Of a DNA stretch of 64,000 nt, positions 1 through 9,434 are shown in pieces. The translations under genes and the position numbers were made by a program. The notes under the pieces were generated by a model. That model had not been told where the DNA came from. It saw only the letters and a program-made list of their open reading frames with translations, and ran no database searches. The stretch's first letter is position 1. Each line of letters opens with the position of its first letter. Source of the stretch: Nanobdellota archaeon (GTDB lineage: Archaea > Nanobdellota > Nanobdellia > Parvarchaeales > Parvarchaeaceae); assembly GCA_021802105.1 (NCBI GenBank), contig JAKAAW010000002.1:993-64992 (forward strand). Direction: 5' to 3'.

Positions 1-30
1 CCAGAGGGAAGGAAAGCCACCGGCAGGAAA

Positions 31-546
31 TTGATAATCTCTGATTTTGATGATACTCTATTCTTCACTGAGCACAGCATAGCTTTTGCATCTCATGAAC
101 TTTTTGGGGTTGGCATGACAAGAAAGGAAGTGAGAAACCTGGACAAGCCAATCATATCAAAGATCTATGACTTGGCTTTCTCTAAATACAAGGATAACTT
201 GGAGCCGAATACGAAGCTGATGGACAAATATGCGCGTATGATGACCGAAGGCTATGAATTCATGATCCTAAGCGCTAGGGGTGAACAGTTAAGAGAGGAG
301 GTAAAATACGGTCTAAGATTATACGATATAAAGTGCGAGAAGATAGTTCTATCTAATAACGACCGGCGCGTAAGCGATGAAGAATGGAAATCCAACTTTA
401 TAAAAGATTACATAAGTGATTATGACGAGATACTGTTCTTCGATGACAAGATAGAAAATTTAAACATGGTAAGAGAAAAAGTAACCGACAGCCGGATAAG
501 ACACTTTCTCGTGGACAGGAAGGGAGAAAAAGAGCTAAAGGATTAG
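31..546 (+). CDS. HAD-superfamily phosphatase (capless, PNKP/RNA-repair-like HAD)
   Basis: Motif I SDFDDTL, motif II LSARG, motif III K, motif IV FFDD; TTG start. Confidence 0.7.
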   Translation: MIISDFDDTLFFTEHSIAFASHELFGVGMTRKEVRNLDKPIISKIYDLAFSKYKDNLEPNTKLMDKYARMMTEGYEFMILSARGEQLREEVKYGLRLYDIKCEKIVLSNNDRRVSDEEWKSNFIKDYISDYDEILFFDDKIENLNMVREKVTDSRIRHFLVDRKGEKELKD

Positions 547-551
547 TCTTT

Positions 552-1466
552 ATGATAACAGCGCTTCTATCATCGAAGGAAGTAAGTAGTGAAGTCCTAA
601 ATTCTGTGATATCTAAGAAACTCGATAGCGTAAACAATCTACAGATAGCTCTGGACAAAGAGGGGGGAATTGTCGTCTATCCTCTCGATTATCCCTCTTC
701 TATAAATGCCATGATACGGGCAATATCGATGGCTGATAGGGTGCTAATGGTCATAAATGAGGAGATAACCGCTGTAGATGCGGAGATTGCACTAGCGATA
801 GAGAATTCCCGGATAGACATAGGCACGACTCTGCGTACGGAATATTCTGATGAGGGCAGCTTCTCAAAGTTTTTTGAAAAATATAAAGTAGGAAAGTTCA
901 AGGTATTAAGACCAGGCGAGCAGCAGTCCGACGATTCAGGCAAAGCAAAGAATCCCAGTTTCTCATACATATCAATAGATAAGCACTTCATAGTGAAAGG
1001 CATAGGCAGTGTCATAATAGGCTTCAACCTCGGCGGCTCGATAAAGAAGGGTGATAGGCTCCGTCTTCTGCCTTCTATGAAAGAGGTCTCTATAAAGAGC
1101 ATACAGATAATGGACATCGATTCTCCCTCAGCGGAGAACGGCCAGCACGTCGGCCTGGCTTTGAATAATATAAATGAAGGTGACCTGTCGTCTAACTACG
1201 CGGTGTCATCTCTTGGAGAACTCGCAGAAAACCGCTCCTGTAAGGTAATTATATCGTCTCTTTATAAGGGAGACTTGACGCAGGAAAAGGACCTTGGATG
1301 TGCGATGCTTGGAAGGAACTTCAGTATATCCATCACAGGATCTGGAACGTCTACCACCATAACGTTCAACAGACCTGTGGCAAAAATAGGCGGCAGACAT
1401 CTGATTATGGACGCAAGCCTTTCCGTGGGAAAGAACAGGGTAGTCGGAAGTTTTGAGTTCAGCTAG
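552..1466 (+). CDS. SelB-like / EF-Tu domain II protein with degenerate GTPase domain
   Basis: IDKHFIVKGIGSVIIG, G.IKKGD and IKSIQ...G.HVGLAL are EF-Tu/SelB beta-barrel II signatures; no P-loop GxxxxGKT at the N-terminus. Confidence 0.7.
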   Translation: MITALLSSKEVSSEVLNSVISKKLDSVNNLQIALDKEGGIVVYPLDYPSSINAMIRAISMADRVLMVINEEITAVDAEIALAIENSRIDIGTTLRTEYSDEGSFSKFFEKYKVGKFKVLRPGEQQSDDSGKAKNPSFSYISIDKHFIVKGIGSVIIGFNLGGSIKKGDRLRLLPSMKEVSIKSIQIMDIDSPSAENGQHVGLALNNINEGDLSSNYAVSSLGELAENRSCKVIISSLYKGDLTQEKDLGCAMLGRNFSISITGSGTSTTITFNRPVAKIGGRHLIMDASLSVGKNRVVGSFEFS

Positions 1467-1527
1467 CAGCCCACGAAAGCTTTATATAGTATATATCTTC
1501 ATTATAGGGTAGTAAAAATAATACAAT

Positions 1528-2415
1528 ATGGTAGTAAAAAACACGCGAATGGATAATAAGGAACAGGATACTGTTACAAATAAAAAAGTCAGTCTAGAAG
1601 ACGTTTTAAACGCTAGCAATTTTGAAGTCTATCAGCTGGCTGCTGCGGCTATAGATAAATACTCAAGGATGAAGGATCATCCAGGTTTCAGCGTCAAATC
1701 CACCGGAGAATTATTCTATAACGCTCTTGTGAAAATGTCCCAGGAAGCTTCGGATGAAAATATAAAGAAAGCACTTGAGCTGAAGGCGGATGCGATGGTC
1801 CGAAACGTAAAGGACGGCACCCTAACCAAGGATTCGCTCAACAGCACGTCCGAATACATGAAAAGCTTTTTGCCGTCCTATATAAACAGGATAAAAGACA
1901 ATGTTCAGCCAGAGCACCACAACATGATGGCGTTGGGCATAATAATGAACAAAGACAGATTCCCCGATGAGTTTAACAAGTTATCAGCGATTCCTGGTGG
2001 AGCAAGGCCCGTACAGTTAGGAATAATACTAAATACGCTTAAGGAAGACATGGCAAACAACAACACTTCCAACCTGCCGTCTTATTATGAAAAGCTGACT
2101 CCTTTGGACATAGTAAAATCATATATGAATATAGGTATGACGCAAGACCAGGCAAAGGCTACCGTTGCTGCAGGAAAGAAGTGCTACACTGATCTGGTTA
2201 ATTCTCTTGGTGACTCCTCTAAAGCAGAGCACATGATGTACGTCCAGAAAGTAGTGGAGAGAGATCTTGCAGTGCAGAGCAAGAAAATAGATGGGGGAGA
2301 GTTAAAAAAGCTCGTGGAAGGATCGGATCCGGTTAACTATCTAAATATGCTGTCCGCCCCCTTGGGGATAAATAGGGCGCTCAGACAGCAGCAAGAATCT
2401 CCGTATACGGAATAA
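1528..2415 (+). CDS. Hypothetical protein
   Basis: 295-aa ORF with TATA-like TTTATATA upstream; no recognised motif. Confidence 0.6.
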   Translation: MVVKNTRMDNKEQDTVTNKKVSLEDVLNASNFEVYQLAAAAIDKYSRMKDHPGFSVKSTGELFYNALVKMSQEASDENIKKALELKADAMVRNVKDGTLTKDSLNSTSEYMKSFLPSYINRIKDNVQPEHHNMMALGIIMNKDRFPDEFNKLSAIPGGARPVQLGIILNTLKEDMANNNTSNLPSYYEKLTPLDIVKSYMNIGMTQDQAKATVAAGKKCYTDLVNSLGDSSKAEHMMYVQKVVERDLAVQSKKIDGGELKKLVEGSDPVNYLNMLSAPLGINRALRQQQESPYTE

Positions 2416-2463
2416 AAGTGTCTTACTTTACGCCTAGTATATATTTTAGCTTTAGAACCTTGT

Positions 2464-2507
2464 CAATGTGAGCGGAAAACCACCTCTTTAGAGAAGATAT
2501 ATATCAC
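2464..2507 (+). mobile_element. IS200/IS605-type single-hairpin mini-element (degenerate)
   Basis: caatGTGAGCGGAAAAccacctcTTTAgagaagatatatATCAC; similar to 10362-10406 and 44240-44287. Confidence 0.55.
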
Positions 2508-2579
2508 AATATCCCACCCCTATGCCTTCAATAGGAGCTGGAAGCGCATGAATTTATCTATAGAAGTACACCACTATCA

Positions 2580-3995
2580 ATGAAAAGTGAGAAGACAGAA
2601 ATGAAAAAGGGGAAAAAAGGGCGTCCTTACGCAGCTCCTTTCCTTATGTGGATAATCGGCGTGTTAACCATGATAGTTGGCGTGCTTACTCTATTCATAG
2701 GCATATTAGTGACTTTAGGAGTGCGCATTCTGGACGCAGTTCTACCGCACTCTGTTTCGGCGTATATATTTCCCGACACTCTTAGTTTTATCGGCGCTTT
2801 GATCATAGTTTTAGGCATATCGGCGATAGTCGTTAGCCGCCTATTCCATCTTAGCGGAAGATGGCTCAAGGAAAATCAGATGAAAGGGGCGGTGCTTGGG
2901 ATGGCGTTGTGCGTGAGCGCTTTGATGATACTTTTTGTTTTTGGCACGTCTTTCTTCAGTACCTTTATAAGTTATCTGCTGTATATTGGTATATCCCTAT
3001 ATACAGCTTTGCTACTCTTGATAATTTTATCTCTTAATGGTTTGGAGAGCGGCCTGAATGGACTTTCTTATGGGTTGACTGCCTTCTTTGTAGGAGGTAT
3101 AATCATAATCGTAAGCTTTTTGGTTGTATATATGATGTTTCCGTCGCAATTGTCGTCAGCTTACTCTTTAGGCAGTTCCTCAGTATTCTCTGTCCTCTCA
3201 ATCCAGAATCATCTGAATAAGTTTTCCTCCAGCTCGTTGAATTATTCTTATCCAGCTAGTATGACATCAATAAATCTCAATAGTGTGGCTTCTTTTGTAT
3301 CGTCGTACATAGGAGTTGGAAACAAGATCAACAATTCTAATACTAGCAGAAGTTCGTTTACGAATATGACGATAACTGTTCTGCTGCCGTATCAGTTCAT
3401 ATTATCCGCAATCGGGGATGCGCCTTCTATGGTCAACAGTGTAAAGTCTTTTAATCTTTCCAGTACAGCCTCAGAATATTTGAAACAGAACAACTCAGAA
3501 GCAGCTAGAAAATATCTAGAGTCGGAATTTCCTCCTCTTAAAGACCTGTCCTTGATAGTAGTAGGCTCGCAATTGCTTAACACGTCCCATTCGAATCTTA
3601 GTCTCTTCAAGCTATCACCTTCAGCTTTTCAGCGTTATTTGAGCGGCTTAAACGTCACTGGTATCAATAGGACCTTCCCTATAAACATAACCGGTTACAT
3701 GCTGTCGCAGATGAAAAAAAATACTGTGAATAACAGTTCCTTAGCTGCTGTTCTGCCGTCGGAAATATTGCTGGTCAACATCTCAAATCATGTGGGGTTC
3801 CAGTTAAGTTACTCCAATAACAAGATATTCAACTTGACACGCATTCCTTTTTCCGGTTTTTCTGCGGCATTCTACATACAAAACTATACATTGTGTTTCG
3901 AAGTCGGTGCAGTATTCCCAAGCAGAATGACTGGCAGTTTTTATACCAGTTTCTTTGACGTGGAAAAAAGTATGAGATGCAGCGATCACAGCTGA
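2580..3995 (+). CDS. Multi-pass membrane protein with Ser/Asn-rich extracellular domain
   Basis: About 5 hydrophobic helices in the N-terminal 190 aa; many N-x-S/T sequons in the C-terminal half. Confidence 0.65.
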   Translation: MKSEKTEMKKGKKGRPYAAPFLMWIIGVLTMIVGVLTLFIGILVTLGVRILDAVLPHSVSAYIFPDTLSFIGALIIVLGISAIVVSRLFHLSGRWLKENQMKGAVLGMALCVSALMILFVFGTSFFSTFISYLLYIGISLYTALLLLIILSLNGLESGLNGLSYGLTAFFVGGIIIIVSFLVVYMMFPSQLSSAYSLGSSSVFSVLSIQNHLNKFSSSSLNYSYPASMTSINLNSVASFVSSYIGVGNKINNSNTSRSSFTNMTITVLLPYQFILSAIGDAPSMVNSVKSFNLSSTASEYLKQNNSEAARKYLESEFPPLKDLSLIVVGSQLLNTSHSNLSLFKLSPSAFQRYLSGLNVTGINRTFPINITGYMLSQMKKNTVNNSSLAAVLPSEILLVNISNHVGFQLSYSNNKIFNLTRIPFSGFSAAFYIQNYTLCFEVGAVFPSRMTGSFYTSFFDVEKSMRCSDHS

Positions 3996-4116
3996 CTGAT
4001 TCCCATGCTTTCTTAGCAGTAAGCAATGGATAAAAGCGTAAGTCAATAACTAGAATATGTACGCTTTTAGGTTATGTGTTGCTAATAGATTAGGCTATTC
4101 AGTTAGCACAGCTAGC

Positions 4117-4803
4117 TTATTTAAGAAGATAGCTTTCTAGGTCTTCCGCGTTTATTATTGGTTTATCAAGCTTCTCGGAATCGTCTATCGCGATCCTCTG
4201 GCATGCTGTGTTTATGAAAACGTCTATATCCCTAAATTCATTAAGCCTTGAGTAGTTTATCTCATCCTGGACCACGGAGTATATCTTTGCGCCGCGCTTC
4301 GCAAGCGCTTCCTTCAACAGCTTTACTCCGTATATCTGTCCGACTTTAGTGGATTCTATAAACATTACATTCTTGGAGGTTAGGGCTATGCCTACACCTT
4401 GCAGAGACTTTGTCCTGTATTTTTCAGCTAGCTCCTTGTCCACTATCTCTATAGTCTCGCTTTCAGGGTCAGCGTTTATGACACTCTTTCCATATTTTAT
4501 TGGAATACCTAGCACGTGGAACATACCCTGCGTGAACGAGAGCGTTGCGTCACAGTCGGGACAGTCTGCCGCATAGACGTCGCACCCGAGGATCTGCCCT
4601 GGATACCTAGCCCTATATTTAGAGCTCTTTACTATGAACTCCTTTTCTGGAGTTTTCTCTATGAATTCGTTCATCTGGTCAACGAACTGTACCGCACACA
4701 CGGTGTTTACCTTTTTGTACGGCGCTATGGTTTCCTTTATTTTCCTGATGAACTCTTCGCTCATGTGGCCTCTGAACCTTGCTTCTATAAACATCATTTC
4801 CAT
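4117..4803 (-). CDS. dph2: Diphthamide biosynthesis protein Dph2 (short form)
   Basis: GQILGCD, G.FH.LGI, STK.GQ and NTACQRIAIDD motifs. Confidence 0.8.
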   Translation of the reverse strand: MEMMFIEARFRGHMSEEFIRKIKETIAPYKKVNTVCAVQFVDQMNEFIEKTPEKEFIVKSSKYRARYPGQILGCDVYAADCPDCDATLSFTQGMFHVLGIPIKYGKSVINADPESETIEIVDKELAEKYRTKSLQGVGIALTSKNVMFIESTKVGQIYGVKLLKEALAKRGAKIYSVVQDEINYSRLNEFRDIDVFINTACQRIAIDDSEKLDKPIINAEDLESYLLK

Positions 4804-4862
4804 ATCAACGTATTATTTAGGAACAAACGTATTTATATACTCGTTGAAATTTAATGTAATCT

Positions 4863-5243
4863 ATGGAAACAAAGATTGTAATAAGCGACCCGAAGACTGG
4901 AAAATCTTACAATAAGACATTATCACCCGATGAGAACACATCCATAATGAGCAAAAAACTCGGAGAGGAGATAGATCTGTCTTTCATCGGATTGGAGGGA
5001 TACTCAGCTGTGATAACCGGCGGAAGTTACATGACAGGTACGCCTATGCGAAAAGAGATAGACAGCATAGGACTTAAACCAGCCTTAATAAGTGGAGGAG
5101 TCGGGAACAGGCAGGGTATAAGGAGGCGGAAGAGCGTAGCTGGTAACACCGTGAGTCAGTTCACCTCTCAGATAAACTTTAAGATAGTGAAGTACGGTCA
5201 GAAGTCCCTCGACGAGATTTTCATAGCGAAGACTGAGAATTAG
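4863..5243 (+). CDS. rps6e: 30S ribosomal protein S6e
   Basis: KIVISDPKTGKSY, ITGGS...G.PMR, RRRKSV.GN, QIN.KIV. Confidence 0.95.
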   Translation: METKIVISDPKTGKSYNKTLSPDENTSIMSKKLGEEIDLSFIGLEGYSAVITGGSYMTGTPMRKEIDSIGLKPALISGGVGNRQGIRRRKSVAGNTVSQFTSQINFKIVKYGQKSLDEIFIAKTEN

Positions 5244-5244
5244 A

Positions 5245-6435
5245 ATGGTCAAGGATATAGTAATAGATATAATAGGGAGCTTTGCGGATGGAAAAACGAC
5301 TCTCGTCAGAGCCCTTACAAGTGAGTCTACCCTTAGGCATAGCGAAGAGAAAAAAAGAGGCATCACTATAAGACTTGGGTACGCGCACTTCCTCCTTTAC
5401 AAATGTAAGAAGTGTTCCTCCTCCAGCAGACATGAGAAGTGCGAGATTTGCGGCGGAGATTCGGAACTGTTCTACAGGGTCTCGATAATAGACTCTCCCG
5501 GGCACAAGACGCTGATGACGATAATGCTTAGCGGTGCACCACTCACTAGCGGTGCGGTACTTGTTATAGCAGCGAATCAAACCTGCCCACAGCCGCAGAC
5601 CGAAGAACATCTGGAAGCCATAAAGATAATAGGTGTGAAGAACTTAGTTGTCGCGCAGACAAAGGTAGATATTGTCGGTGCTGAGAGAGCCAGGCAGAGC
5701 AAGGCAGAGATAGAGGAGTTCCTTGCTAAAAATGGCTTCAAGGACATAAAGGTAATCCCAGTCCTGTCGGTTCATGACATTAACATAACAGAGCTTATAC
5801 AGGAGATAGGCAAATTTGCTTCGTTGGAATACGACAGCAAAAATCCTAAGATGCTAGCTGTAAGAAGCTTCGACGTAAACAAGCCTGGCACGGAAATAAA
5901 CGATCTGAGTGGAGGTGTTTTAGGAGGCGGACTTAAAGCGGGAGAATTGTCACTGGGAGACGACATTCTGATTTACCCAGGTATATTCGTGAACAACGTA
6001 TGGAAACCTATAAAAACAGAAATAAAGGAAATCCAGAGCGAATTCGGAAAGGAAAAGAAAGCAGTACCTGGCCTGATGGTGGGCGTAAAAACGAATATAG
6101 ACCCTTCTCTAGCAAGGAGAGATAGTCTTGCAGGGAGCCTTATAGTATCGACTGAAAATCCTCCAGAGTTCAAGGATAGAATCTCCATAACTTATATCCC
6201 TCTACAGGAGAAAGAGAAAAATGTATTCAAAAAACAGCTTCAGAAAAATGAAGTCGTTCTCTTGAATGTTCTTGCTTCAAAGATATTAGGCACGGTAACA
6301 CTCATACAGAACGATAAGGTAACTATAGCTTTCACCAACGCACTACTGCCTTACTATATAGGAGACAGGGCGATAATCTCGAGAAAAGTTGACAACGTAT
6401 GGGTGCTTGCCGGTTCTGGAACCGTGTATGCTTAG
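5245..6435 (+). CDS. eif2g: Translation initiation factor 2 gamma subunit
   Basis: HSEE.KRGITIRLGYA, CxxC...CxxC zinc ribbon, DSPGH, PQPQT.EHL, RSFDVNKPG; follows rps6e as in the conserved archaeal operon. Confidence 0.95.
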   Translation: MVKDIVIDIIGSFADGKTTLVRALTSESTLRHSEEKKRGITIRLGYAHFLLYKCKKCSSSSRHEKCEICGGDSELFYRVSIIDSPGHKTLMTIMLSGAPLTSGAVLVIAANQTCPQPQTEEHLEAIKIIGVKNLVVAQTKVDIVGAERARQSKAEIEEFLAKNGFKDIKVIPVLSVHDINITELIQEIGKFASLEYDSKNPKMLAVRSFDVNKPGTEINDLSGGVLGGGLKAGELSLGDDILIYPGIFVNNVWKPIKTEIKEIQSEFGKEKKAVPGLMVGVKTNIDPSLARRDSLAGSLIVSTENPPEFKDRISITYIPLQEKEKNVFKKQLQKNEVVLLNVLASKILGTVTLIQNDKVTIAFTNALLPYYIGDRAIISRKVDNVWVLAGSGTVYA

Positions 6436-6781
6436 GGTGCTCATAGATACAAACGCGCTGGTGTACACTTTCGATGGTAAAAAGGACATATACTCCATCT
6501 TTGATAACAGCGTTGGGGAAGCGTTTAGATTCTATACTCTGGATTCATGCATGGATGAGCTTGAGATGTTAGGAAGGAAAGACGTGGTAAAATGGGTCAA
6601 TGTCAACAAGATAGAAGTAATAGGTACAAAACTTGGAGGAAAGACAGATGATAAGATACTTAATGAAGCATCAGAACACGATTTCGCTGTGCTGACAGAG
6701 GACAAGGAACTTATAGATAGGTCTCTGTCAAAAAAGTTGAAAGTTATACGCATAACCGGCAACAGCCTCGTCACGCTGTGA
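6428..6781 (+). CDS. PIN-domain protein (Fcf1/Utp24-like)
   Basis: VLIDTNAL, EL, DD.IL, VLTED.EL; ATG at 6428 overlaps the eif2g end; conserved rps6e-eif2g-PIN synteny. Confidence 0.85.
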   Translation: MLRVLIDTNALVYTFDGKKDIYSIFDNSVGEAFRFYTLDSCMDELEMLGRKDVVKWVNVNKIEVIGTKLGGKTDDKILNEASEHDFAVLTEDKELIDRSLSKKLKVIRITGNSLVTL

Positions 6782-6826
6782 TAATTCGAAAAGCTTTAAA
6801 TATTTACAGCTTAAACCTATAGCGAT

Positions 6827-7096
6827 ATGGAGAACGATACAATCTTCATAGGAAAGAAACCTGTGATATCTTATGTGTTGGCCGTTTTAACGCACGTTAA
6901 TTCCGGACATGATTCTGTCGTGCTGAAAGCAAGAGGTTTAATGATATCAAAAGCTGTCGACGTCTCACAGCTGATAAAAAGGAAATTCTCAAAAGATCTA
7001 AATTTAGGTAGGATAGATATAGGTACTGAAGAGATAGCATCAGATGATGGAAGGAAACGCAACGTTTCTTTTATATCCATAGAGATGAAGAGATAA
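6827..7096 (+). CDS. albA: DNA/RNA-binding protein Alba
   Basis: IFIGKKPV.SYVLAV, LKARG..ISKAVDV, NVS.I.I. Confidence 0.95.
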   Translation: MENDTIFIGKKPVISYVLAVLTHVNSGHDSVVLKARGLMISKAVDVSQLIKRKFSKDLNLGRIDIGTEEIASDDGRKRNVSFISIEMKR

Positions 7097-7099
7097 TAT

Positions 7100-7747
7100 A
7101 TGATGAATGAAAATGATTTTATATTGATAGATTTTGTTGGGAGGATAAAGTCCTCTGGTAAGATATTCGATCTGACAAAGAAAGACATCGCGGAGAAGGA
7201 AGGTATTGACAGCAAAGAATTCAATTTTTCACCTGTGCTAGCCATACCAGCATCAAATTACGTGCTTAAAGCAGTAGCTAATTCACTGTTGAACAAGGAG
7301 GTGGGAGCTAAATACACACTCGAAGTAAAAGCAGAAGATGCTTTCGGCAAGTTCGATCCAAAGCTCGTGAAGACGCTTGGTCTAAATGTATTCAGGCAGA
7401 ACGGTGTAAATCCATCTGTAGGTGATGTTCTCATGCTGGACAACGCTCTTGCGACAGTTCTTTCGGTAAGCGGTGGGAGGGTGATGGTCAGCTTTAACAA
7501 TCCTCTAGCTGGCAAAGATTTAGTTTACGATATAGATATAGTCAAGGTCTTGGATGATGTGAAGGACAAGTGCTCTGCTATTTTTGAACACTACATCGGC
7601 AAAAAGCCAGACTCATTGGATATCAGCGAGAACAAAGTGAAGATCTCATACAAAGGAGAAGTCAAACCCTACACAAGGGACGCTATATCGTCTGACATAA
7701 AGAAATATGTTGGCAAAGACCTTAATACGGAGGTATCTGGCGCGTAA
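7100..7747 (+). CDS. Archaeal long-type FKBP peptidyl-prolyl isomerase (SlyD-like)
   Basis: DFILIDFVG, FDLT, AFG, VSGGRV.V.FN.PLAGKDL.Y. Confidence 0.85.
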   Translation: MMNENDFILIDFVGRIKSSGKIFDLTKKDIAEKEGIDSKEFNFSPVLAIPASNYVLKAVANSLLNKEVGAKYTLEVKAEDAFGKFDPKLVKTLGLNVFRQNGVNPSVGDVLMLDNALATVLSVSGGRVMVSFNNPLAGKDLVYDIDIVKVLDDVKDKCSAIFEHYIGKKPDSLDISENKVKISYKGEVKPYTRDAISSDIKKYVGKDLNTEVSGA

Positions 7748-7834
7748 ATGTCGTGGTTCACGCTTTTATAATGCAGTATATAAGGGTACATTTATATATT
7801 ACAATGTACAAAAATAAAATATCAGGATTAAACT

Positions 7835-8956
7835 ATGGAACTTGATTCAAATATATCATCGCAGGGGATTAAAGCGCCAAAATTCGATGAGAGTAAGACG
7901 AAAGAGTTTGATAAAGCGCTTGAAGATTTGATAACTTCTAGAAGAACAAGCATAAAGGTAGTTGGAGTCGGTGGTTCTGGAAACAATACTATAAACAGGA
8001 TGTTCGAAGTCGGGATAAAAGGAGCAGAACTTATAGCCATAAACACAGACGCTGCAGACCTCCTTTGCACCCCTGCTGATAAGAAGATACTGATAGGTAA
8101 GGAGCTTACTAGCGGTCTCGGAGCTGGTGCGGATCCTTCCGTGGGGGAGGCTGCTGCAAAAGAGCAGGAACAAGAAATAAAAGAGGCTCTGCAGGGGGCC
8201 GACATGGTCTTTATATGCAGCGGTATGGGAGGAGGAACGGGAACTGGTGCAGCTCCGGTAGTCGCGCAGGTAGCAAGGAAACTAAACGCTCTTACTATAG
8301 CAGTAGTGACTCTTCCTTTCAAAGCAGAAGGAAAGAGGCGCATGAACTCCGCGCTTGGAGGGGTGGAAAAGCTCAAAGCTTCAGTCGATACATTGATAAC
8401 AGTACCTAATGAAAAACTCCTGGCGATAGCGCCTGGTCTTCCTTTTGCTATAGCTCTTAAGATAGCAGACGACGTTCTTACTAGTGCAGTAAAAGGGATA
8501 ACAGAACTTATAACAAAGCCTGGTCTGATAAACGTAGACTTTGCGGATGTAAAACGCATAATGGCAAATGGAGGAGTTGCCTTGATAGGAACAGGAGAGA
8601 GTGACGCAAAGGACAAGAAGCTAGAATCTGTCGTGGAGAAGGTGCTGAATAATCCTCTGATAGATGTAGATACTTCGACTGCCAGGGGCATGCTTATAGA
8701 CGTTGCTGGTGGTCCCTCAATGACTCTCGACGAAGCTAACAAGATTGTGGAACTGGTAAACAACAAGTTGCCTGAAGAGATAAATATAATATGGGGCGCT
8801 CACATCTTTCCAGACCTAAAGAACACAGTAAAAGTCTTGGCTATAATAACTGGGGTCAGCTCAAAGCAGATAAGCGGCAAATCCATATACGAAGAGAAGG
8901 AACTAAAAGAGCGCAAGGAAGTGGAAGAAGAGCTCGGCATAACCTTTTTGAGTTGA
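7835..8956 (+). CDS. ftsZ: Cell division protein FtsZ
   Basis: VGVGGSGNN, GGGTGTG signature, NVDFADV. Confidence 0.97.
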   Translation: MELDSNISSQGIKAPKFDESKTKEFDKALEDLITSRRTSIKVVGVGGSGNNTINRMFEVGIKGAELIAINTDAADLLCTPADKKILIGKELTSGLGAGADPSVGEAAAKEQEQEIKEALQGADMVFICSGMGGGTGTGAAPVVAQVARKLNALTIAVVTLPFKAEGKRRMNSALGGVEKLKASVDTLITVPNEKLLAIAPGLPFAIALKIADDVLTSAVKGITELITKPGLINVDFADVKRIMANGGVALIGTGESDAKDKKLESVVEKVLNNPLIDVDTSTARGMLIDVAGGPSMTLDEANKIVELVNNKLPEEINIIWGAHIFPDLKNTVKVLAIITGVSSKQISGKSIYEEKELKERKEVEEELGITFLS

Positions 8957-8968
8957 GCTTATACGCAT

Positions 8969-9385
8969 ATGGACGAAAAGAAAAGTCTCGCAGATGCGAA
9001 CATCCAACAGGAGCACATCCTCCCTCAGGCTGAACCCGTAGAAGAGAAACATGCTGAGACAAAAGCCGTTGAGCCTGTCATGAAAGAACCGTCTGAACGG
9101 AAAATAGATGTCAAACCGCCGGAGCATAAGACAGAAGAGCACCCACGGCATGTTAAACGCAGGAGAATATCCATCAGCAAGATAGCTTCAAAAGCAAAAA
9201 TTCTCCACCCTCTTCACGTAAAGCAGAAACTCAGCCACTACAGGGTTGAGTACAGCAGGGTTCTTCACCTAGCCAGAAAACCGACCAGATCAGAGTACAA
9301 GGAGCTGGCTATAATGGTGGCCATAGGTACGTCAATTATAGGCGTAATTGGTTTCATAGTGCAGATGATAATACAGTTCATCTGA
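8969..9385 (+). CDS. secE: Protein translocase SecE/Sec61-gamma with N-terminal extension
   Basis: EYSRVL.LARKPT..EY followed by the G..IIG.IGF transmembrane helix; downstream of ftsZ. Confidence 0.85.
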   Translation: MDEKKSLADANIQQEHILPQAEPVEEKHAETKAVEPVMKEPSERKIDVKPPEHKTEEHPRHVKRRRISISKIASKAKILHPLHVKQKLSHYRVEYSRVLHLARKPTRSEYKELAIMVAIGTSIIGVIGFIVQMIIQFI

Positions 9386-9434
9386 GGCGCAGACTAACTT
9401 AAAATATAAATAGGTTTCATGTCTGATAAACTAG

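Noticed and set aside
552..1466. Evidence for selenocysteine usage
   Set aside because: The protein lacks the GTPase motifs, and no in-frame UGA selenoprotein or tRNA-Sec is seen in the window.
7828..8766. Long antisense ORFs (also 41976-42578, 50720-51298, 55681-56394)
   Set aside because: Shadow frames of well-supported genes (ftsZ, prs, ABC ATPase, copA).
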